From NCBI RefSeq assembly GCF_009914755.1, contig NC_060937.1: a stretch of 64,000 bases of DNA. One strand, given 5' to 3'. The DNA is from the human T2T-CHM13v2.0 reference genome, Homo sapiens. How positions within the stretch are numbered: the first letter of the stretch is position 1; every line of letters starts with the position of its first letter. This document shows positions 61,596 through 64,000 of the stretch, piece by piece. A program made the position numbers and the translations under genes. The notes below the pieces were generated by a model. That model saw only the letters and a program-made list of their open reading frames with translations. It had not been told where the DNA came from and made no database searches.

Positions 61596-62327
61596 TAAAG
61601 AAGAATTAGCACTAATCCTTAACAAACTTCCCATGAAATACAAGAGGAGAATATAAATTTTCAGGCCAATGTTTGAGGACAGTTTTATATTGCCTAGAAC
61701 GCTATTAAATAACACCACATGCAAAAAATAAAATTAAAGACCAATATGTCTAAGAAAACAGAACAAAGTTTTTCTACATATAAAATACTAGAGAATCAAT
61801 CAGAAACTTATAACAAGAGTCATATACTACTACTAAATGAGATTTATTGCAGAATTACAAGGTTAAACATCCAAAAATCAATGAGTAAACAATATTAATA
61901 GAATATAGGATAAAAACTATATGATCATCTTTGGAGAATAGAAAAATATTTGATATAATCCAACGTTTCATCATAAAATTGTCAAAACAGAAATAAAAGA
62001 GATGTCATAGAACTGATAAATGCAATATATGAAAACATCTGTAGCTCAAATCATATTTAATGGTAAAAGATAACTGTCATTATAAACTCACGAACAAGGA
62101 TGTATGCTCTTACCACTTCTATTCAATATTGTACTATAGATTTTAGTCAAGAAAGTCAAGAAAAAGAAAGAAAAGCATACAGATTGGGAAATAAAAGTAA
62201 AACTATGTCTTTTCATAGATGACATGATCTTATATATAGAAAGTCATAAGGCATCCACTTAAAAACTAGTATAAATAATAAATAAGTTCAACATGGTTTC
62301 AATTGACATGCTCAGTATACAAACATA

Positions 62328-62608
62328 GACCAGGCATGGTGGCTCATGCATGTATTCCCAGCACTTCGGGAGACCAAGGCAGGAGGATCATTTGAGACCA
62401 GGAGTTGGAGGTCAACTTGGGCAACAAAGCAAGACTTTGTCTCTACAAAAATTAAAAGTATTAGCTGGGTGTTGTGGCATAGGTCTATAGTCCTAGCTAC
62501 TTAGGCAGCAGGGGGATTACGAAAGTCTGGGATTTTGAGGTTACCATAAACTGATCACACTGCTGTACTCCAGCATGGGTTACAGAGGGACACTGTCTCA
62601 AAACGAAA
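62328..62608 (+). mobile_element. AluJ (diverged)
   Basis: Dimer; TSD acaaacat. Confidence 0.88.
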
Positions 62609-63084
62609 AACAAACATGAATTTTATCTCTATACATTAACAATGAGCAATCCAAAAATAAAATTTAAAAAATTCAATTTACAATTCAATAAACAAAAAAA
62701 TCTTACTACTGGAGAATAAATTTCACAAAAGATGGCAAGACACATAACTTAAAACTACAACGTATTGTTGAAAAAAATTAAAGAATACCTAAATAAATGG
62801 AAAGATATCCTTTGTTTAAGGATCAAAAAACTTTATATTTTTAAGAGGGTGATGCTACCCAATTGACCAACAGATTCAACAAAATCTTTTTCAACATTCA
62901 ATCTGCCTTTTTGCGGAAACTGACAAAATGATTCTAAAGTCTATATGGAAATGCAAAAGATTCAGAATAGCCAAAACAATTCTGAAAAATCATATGGATT
63001 TGAAGGACTCACAACTCCTTATTTTAAAACTTAGTGCAGGGCTGTATTAATCAAGACAGTTTTTGTTTGTTTGTCTGTTTGTTT

Positions 63085-64000
63085 CCTACAGTGGTGGATT
63101 AGAGGCTTTCATCCTGACTCAGCAACCCAGAAATAGCAAGATAGTTCATAAAGATCAGCTCTGTGAGCTTTAATTCTAGAAAGAACAAGGGAATTTACCA
63201 GAATTTTGAAGGACATCCCAGATCCTGGAGAGGAGGATGATAGCAAGCAGCCCCCATGATGGAATCTAGCTGATAAAAATGAGTGAAGACTCAGTAGCTG
63301 AAAGAGGCAGAGAGCTTCTCTCTATGATTCACCTTTCCACTGAGCATCTGAACAACCCAGGCCAAGGGAGAGGATTTTGCTTCTCCCAATCCCTGGAGTT
63401 AACTTGGGTAGAGGCTTGGAGACCCTGTGAGGAAAAATAAAAAACATTGGGAAAAGCTGCAGACATTTTCCTAGACCCAGTACTGAGAAGAGGATGCCAT
63501 TTTTAATCTGAGCATATACAAAATCTGCCATTCTTTGGTGTTCTGGCAACATGGCTGTGAAAGCGTTTCATCTTGGGCCAGAGATTGGAGTACCTTCTCT
63601 GGAGTGGGGTAGGGACCTCCATAGCCAGAACTATGGAAAGTGCCTGAGCAGTGGGCACTGAAATTGTGATCTACCCTCTTGCTTGCCTGAGGCAGGAGGA
63701 GAGCTGCTATAGTGGCAGTTTTCCCTGTGTGGCAAGACTTGCAGCCAGGAGTGGCTTCGCAACCTGGAACTGATTGGCATGTGTCATTGGTGCACCAGCC
63801 GGCTCCTCTGAGATTGTAGTGCATCAAGGCCCTCTCTGTTCCATCCCTGGAGAGAAATCCAGATATTTGGAGCACCTACTTTCCTGGATCAGTAGCCTGA
63901 ACACCATTCCTAGACATATTTTGTCATGCAGCGAGGCTCTCTTTGCTCCAAGCCCACACAGATGTCCAACATTTGGAGCACCTGTTCACCTGGTTCAGCA
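63085..64000 (+). mobile_element. L1PB/L1MA-type 5' UTR, continuing past the window edge
   Basis: Abrupt rise in GC; L1 5'UTR-like sequence with a repeated motif 'atttggagcacct' near 63870 and 63971. Confidence 0.6.

Noticed and set aside
63471-63875. 134-aa antisense ORF
   Set aside because: It lies in a decayed L1 5'UTR and shows no recognisable domain

Overview
This is AT-rich, CpG-poor primate (very likely human or other catarrhine) intergenic or deep-intronic DNA. I find no supportable host protein-coding gene, RNA gene, CRISPR array or CpG island. The window is a layered patchwork of interspersed repeats: about 20 Alu/FLAM copies (J, S and Y types, many with visible target-site duplications, TSDs) and a young L1PA ORF2 fragment truncated at both ends (8145-10309). 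It also holds a long decayed L1M at 56.7-63.1 kb carrying seven nested Alus, about a dozen solo LTRs, hAT/Tigger/mariner DNA-transposon relics, and L2/MIR remnants. The only protein-like ORFs are L1 ORF2 remnants; the rest are Alu-derived or chance ORFs. I do not see evidence for a novel biological system. The most interesting signals are small-scale: an LTR 41-bp tandem array in which CpG decay appears to have created AP-1/ARE sites, two template-switch (fold-back) scars, an unexplained ~190-bp local duplication, a non-canonical L1 insertion, a duplicated LTR core promoter and a miR-548-like MADE1 hairpin. Repeat family names are recalled from consensus sequences and were not checked by search. 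Boundaries of old elements are approximate.
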